Below are positions 60,880 through 64,000 of a stretch of 64,000 nt of DNA, one piece after another. The notes under the pieces were generated by a model. The model searched no databases, was not told where the DNA came from, and worked only from the letters and a program-made list of their open reading frames with translations. The translations under genes were made by a program, and so were the position numbers. Source of the DNA: Isurus oxyrinchus (lineage: Eukaryota); assembly GCA_026770705.1 (NCBI GenBank), contig JANJGN010000007.1, positions 168,206,001 to 168,270,000 of the forward strand, written 5' to 3'. The stretch's first letter is position 1. Each line of letters begins with the position of its first letter.

Positions 60880-61685
60880 GAAAGAAAGACTTGCATTGAT
60901 ATGGTGTCTTTTAGGGCCTTGGGATGTCCCAAAGCACTTTACATAAGAACTTAAGAAATAGGAGCAGGTTAGGCCATTCGGCTCCTCATGCCTGCTCTGC
61001 CTTTCAATAAGATCATGGCTGATTTGTTTGTGGCTTTAACTCTACATCCTTGCTTGTCCTCCATAAACCTTGAGTCCCTTCTCAGTCAAAAACCTATCTA
61101 ACTGAGCCTTGAATATTTTCAGTGATCTGGCTTTCACAGCTTGCTGGAGGAGAGAATTCCACAGACGAACATCCCTCCAAGAGAAGAAATTCCTCCTCAT
61201 CTCTGTCTTACATGGGAGACCCCTTACCTTTAAACTGTGCCCCCTATTGCCCCCACAAGGAGAAACACTCTCAGCATCGATCAAACCACCTCAGAATCTT
61301 ATATGTTTCACTAAGATCACCTCTCGTTCTTCTAAACTCCAATGAGTATAGAAACAACTTGCTCAACCGTTCCTCATAAGGCAAAGCCCTAATCCTTGGA
61401 ATCAGCCTAGTGAACCTCTTTGAACTGCTTCCAACGCAAGTATATCCCTTCTTAAGAGTTTATGATTTACTGATATAGTAAGGAGACCAAAACTGTATGC
61501 GGTACTCCAGGTGTGATGCCATTCACAGCCAGCAATGTACTTTTGAAGTTTAGTCTCTGTTAGAATGTGGAAAGCACGGCAGCCAATTAGCAAGGTTTCA
61601 CAAACAGCAATTGTCCTGCTGATCTGTTTTAGTCATGTTGGTTGCGGGATCAGTATTGACCAGGACACTGGGGAACATTTGCCTG
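60880..61685 (-). mobile_element. Deu-domain SINE 3' half split by a CR1 insertion
   Basis: 60880-60943 and 61524-61685 join into a sequence collinear with 39633-39850. Confidence 0.75.
60943..61515 (-). mobile_element. CR1 3' end
   Basis: ORF 61042-61284 RGHSLKVRGLPCKTEMRRNFFS..WNSL, with the taagaaataggagcagg tail. Confidence 0.9.
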
Positions 61686-62498
61686 CAGCCTAGTTCCGAA
61701 GATCCAGTTTTTGGTTTTATTCAACATGAGTACCACAAAGACAGAGACACTTGATAGTTTAGGCCATCGCCTTTGCTTCAGATTTGCAGTGTTCCACATT
61801 TAATGTTCAGTATAGCAGTTGTACAGATAGCATTTGATAGAAATACTGTTTTGAAAGTCATTAGGGTAATTCTACTTTCGGGTTTAAAATCTTCGATCAA
61901 ATAGCACTCAGAGATCTTACTGCTCTGATAAGTGGATTCCCCTTCCTGCTCTCTGAATATACATTACTATTCCTTCTTATAAAACTGCAAAAATATGTTT
62001 TTCACTACATCACAAATATTATAAATAGAATTTAAGAAATGTACAGTGCTTCAAATCAGTTATCCCAAACTATCCTCAGTTTGCATTCCTCAAGACATTT
62101 AGAAGTCAATACCTTGCAGAGTTTATAATTTACTGATGTAGTATTTAGTAGTTACATTCTGCAGTGCTTTGCTGTATTGTTTTCTGGTGTTTAAGGATAT
62201 TTTCCACACAGAGCAATTCTGGTTCCATGTTTTTCAAAACCTTTGAGATGCCTGCCAGTATGTATGTTCATCTATGCAGTGAGCTGTGCTTCTGAAATGT
62301 TTAATCCACTAATTAATCATTTTCTAAGCTTTGGAAAAAAGTATTGTGTCCAAGTGGTAAATTCAAACCACTATGTGCAATGCCACAATGATTTTGTAAA
62401 TTTCTGCTCCTTCATTCCACTTCCAAAAAGATTTTTCTTTTGCCAGTTACAGAGCTGACCAGGATTCAGGGCTACTGTTCACTATTTGTTAGGAGGTA

Positions 62499-62552
62499 TT
62501 ATGTATGTGTGTATCGTGTGTGTGTGTATGTGTGCTTATGTGTATGTGTATA
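62499..62552. repeat. Imperfect (TG/TA)n microsatellite
   Basis: Read directly. Confidence 0.8.
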
Positions 62553-63269
62553 CTACAAAAAGTGCATTACACAGGGGCTACGTGATCTGCTATTGCTGAA
62601 TATATATGTTAAGTATCTTTTATCTTTGGGTCTTTATGTTAATATCTGCCCAATTACTCCAATGTTCTGCTTATCCTCTTGTATATGTTGACAGTTTCCA
62701 GCTTATTGAATTTTAGGCTTTTATTTCCTCCTCCTCCACCTTCATCTTCAACATTTCCACAACAGGGCCATATGGAGCACATCCTCAACACCTTCTGATA
62801 TTGGTGACAAGCATCTCTTTCTGCCATCTGCAATTAGAACACATTAGAATGAACAGTCCAGCCCGCTTCTGTAATTAAAATGATCATTATGTGAGTTAGA
62901 TGACAATAGGATAATAGAACAAGATGCTCTGAGTCTAATAATTCAAAAATTTATAGTAATTACTAAATTCAGAGGTGTATTTTTGTAATTTATTGTATGT
63001 GACATTTAATTAAGAATAAGTTTGGAGCCCTTACCTAATAATTCACAGCAAAGGTTTTTTTTCAACTGAGAGCTACTTTTCTTAAGGTGACTTGGTTTTT
63101 ATGAATGTATTTAGCAATTCTTTTCATTTGAGGAGTGGAACGAGACACAAAAGCTGTTTTTGACAAGGCTTAATGCATAAGTGATGAAGTGATTTACATT
63201 AATGTGTTGTTGCAAACAAATAGCCTTTATTACTCTTTAAGCTGTTTTCCCTTCCTCTCCCTTTACTTA

Positions 63270-63472
63270 GTAAGAGCTGGGCAAGTCCTGGCCAATATTT
63301 AACCCTCAACCCCCACCTAAAACAGATGATTATTTCATTGCTATTTGTGGGAGCTTTCTATGTGCAAATTGCCTGCCATGCTTCCTACAGCACAACAGTA
63401 ACTACATTTAATAAATACTTAATTTATTGAATTTGTATAAAATAATATTTAACTGCAGATTCTTTCTTTTCA
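63270..63472 (+). mobile_element. Deu-domain SINE 3' half
   Basis: gtcctggccaatatttaaccctcaacc..tgtgcaaattg..tgcagattctttcttt. Confidence 0.75.
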
Positions 63473-64000
63473 TTTTTAGTAACCCGCAGCTGGTGTCCTC
63501 TAAAGTCTTAACTGATCTGTAACTGGTCCTTGGGTGTACTTAAGTGCAGCTCAGGGCTGAGCCCTCTTTTAGTTTTAATTTGTCCTCACTATCAGATCTC
63601 TGTTTAGCTCCTCCGCATAATAGCATCCCTGAGATTATGGGAGGGTGGCAATTAGCATCAGAAGCCTTTCAAAATGAGCCTTTATTTCCATGATTTTATT
63701 TTTCTCAAGCTCATCCGAAATGGTTAAGAACATAAATTTAATAAAAGATGATATTGAAACGCTCCAGAAGCAAGGAAGCTGGAGTACAATATTGTAGCTT
63801 TGAATGTTGCTTTCAAGTGTCTCTTTACTATTAGCTATCTATGTTGTTTTGTGGATGCTGTAAACATTTGAAAATCCAGTCCTTTGAAACAGAAATTACT
63901 GACTGTCTGAAAAATGACCCCTCCTGCCATCACGCGCCACTCCAAACCCCCATCATTGACTTCTGATACGACCTGATTTACAGTGAAAGCATGAAACCAT

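Overview
Eukaryotic, repeat-dense and apparently gene-free window (large intron or intergenic DNA). The repeat content points to a cartilaginous fish, probably a shark; this is inference from a Deu-domain SacSINE1-like SINE, shark-type CR1/L2 LINEs and Penelope-like elements. I found no host exon I can support. All long ORFs are decayed transposon sequence: a Gypsy LTR element nested in a CR1, two Penelope-like element (PLE) families, and CR1, L2, Vingi and RTE fragments. Three signals stand out. (1) Minimal hammerhead-ribozyme (HHR) motifs lie in the PLE terminal repeats, and several independent 100-170 bp insertions (most with target-site duplications, TSDs) begin within about 11 nt of the ribozyme core. 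(2) A five-copy, 560-700 bp non-autonomous DNA element has short terminal inverted repeats (TIRs), apparent 3-bp TSDs (PIF/Harbinger-like) and an interior built from up to six consecutive palindromes. (3) A locally templated insertion is bounded by an 18-bp direct repeat. Family names come from motif recognition by eye, not database searches. Boundaries are approximate unless a TSD or TIR is quoted.
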